NCBI GenBank assembly: GCA_003427395.1
Contig: BFEA01000040.1
Location: 1,765,869-1,829,868, forward strand
Direction of reading: 5' to 3'
Length of the DNA stretch: 64,000 nt
Source of the DNA: Chara braunii
Taxonomy: Eukaryota > Plantae > Charophyceae
The position numbers were made by a program, and so were the translations under genes. A model generated the notes under the pieces. It saw nothing but the letters and a program-made list of their open reading frames with translations. It was not told where the DNA came from and ran no database searches. Below, in pieces: positions 62,800-64,000 of the stretch. The number at the start of each line of letters is the position of its first letter. Position 1 is the stretch's first letter.

Positions 62800-62995
62800 G
62801 AGGGCCTGAAAATGGCCCTCCGTTTCAGGCTGAAAAGCCTCTGGGCCTGAAAGGCCCAGAAATAGGCTGAAACGGAATAAGGCCTGCAGGCCCTCGTAGT
62901 TCAGTTTTCAGGCTGAAACGACCGGGGCCTGTAAGCCCTAAGTTTTAGGCTTTTAGGCTGAAAGTGCGGGACGGGCCCTGCAGGGCCCGTGTGGC
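62800..62995. repeat. Cluster of short hairpins built on GGC(C)TGAAA
   Basis: gagggcc-tgaaaat-ggccctc; ctgggcc-tgaaa-ggcccag; outer ccgtttcag / ctgaaacgg; cgggccctgcagggcccg palindrome. Confidence 0.7.
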
Positions 62996-63292
62996 TACGC
63001 AGTATGCCACAGACACTGACCCGACTCATCCCATCAAACATCACACATGTGAGAGAAGAGGAGGGACCACAAACATGGAAGAAAGGTCCCTCCCTGCATG
63101 CGCACATGGGGTGATCACCACGTATGAAGAAGAGTAGGAGGAGCAAGACGAAGATGGAGGTGAAGGAGGAGGAAGACAAGAACACAAGTCGCTGTCATCC
63201 ACAATAGTCTCCCGTCAAAATGCCCATCCAAGTCTGCCCCAAAATGTCGAATCAGATCCTGGGCAGCATAGCCCAAAACAGCTTTGCCTTGA

Positions 63293-63360
<68 letters not shown>

Positions 63361-63361
63361 N

Positions 63362-63421
<60 letters not shown>

Positions 63422-64000
63422 GAAGAAGAAGAAGAAGAAGAAGAAGAAGAAGAAGAAGAAGAAGAAGAAGAAGACGAAGATATGGAGGGCGGAGACAGGA
63501 AGAAGAAGCAGATGTCGATCTCTCCTCTGTCGTCTGTTTCACCTGAGGAATGCTGATGACAAATACTGACCGTTGGAGGTGTGCTGTCTGTGCTGCAGGT
63601 CGCTGGAGAAGGTCCAGCTATGGCGCCCGGGTAAGTCCGCTACACCTTGCGGCTATGGCCACCAACTCCTCTCTCTCCTCTCTACATCTACACCTAACGC
63701 AGGGCTCAGATCACGCGCTGCTCCAGCAGCATGACGCCCACACAGTAGGATCTCCTGAATGTCCTGGTCCAGAGTGCTGGCCCAGCTATATAGCGCTGGG
63801 CCTGGCTGGGCAGCCCTCGGCCCCTGATCAGGACCATCGGATCGAGTATCTGATCGACGGCCCTGATAGCAGGCCCAAGTCCTGGACAAGCGGCCTGGCC
63901 TCAAAACGGCCTGCCTGGGTCCCTCCCGAACGTCCAGGTGATCCTGCTGATGCAGCTGGAACCTCCTCCCTATCGACGGACACGAACCTGGCCTACCTGG

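Overview
Repeat-rich eukaryotic nuclear DNA with several N gaps. It is most likely from a streptophyte (green plant lineage); a Chara-like charophyte is my inference from gene and TE content. There are no prokaryotic features and no CRISPR array. Two host genes are supported: an intronless nucleus-encoded plastid ribosomal protein S9 (17950-18774, -) and the last large exon of a TORNADO1-like LRR-Roc-COR gene (59464-60879, -), which has inverted, duplicated remnants near the window start. A full-length but frameshifted Ty3/gypsy chromovirus (22969-33342, -) has LTRs, a TCGGT TSD, a tRNA-iMet PBS and gag-PR-RT-RH-INT-chromodomain. Also present are a decayed Penelope-like RT, an L1/Tx1 3' fragment, other gypsy RT remnants, a tRNA-derived SINE family and several MITE/hAT families. 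The most notable unannotated signals are (i) two minimal type-I hammerhead ribozyme motifs on the minus strand, one behind the Penelope-like RT and one orphan with a competing hairpin over its cleavage site, and (ii) a family of mostly 154-175 bp TTAA-bounded elements with conserved termini, copy-specific self-complementary subterminal arms and a tendency to form tandem pairs sharing one TTAA.
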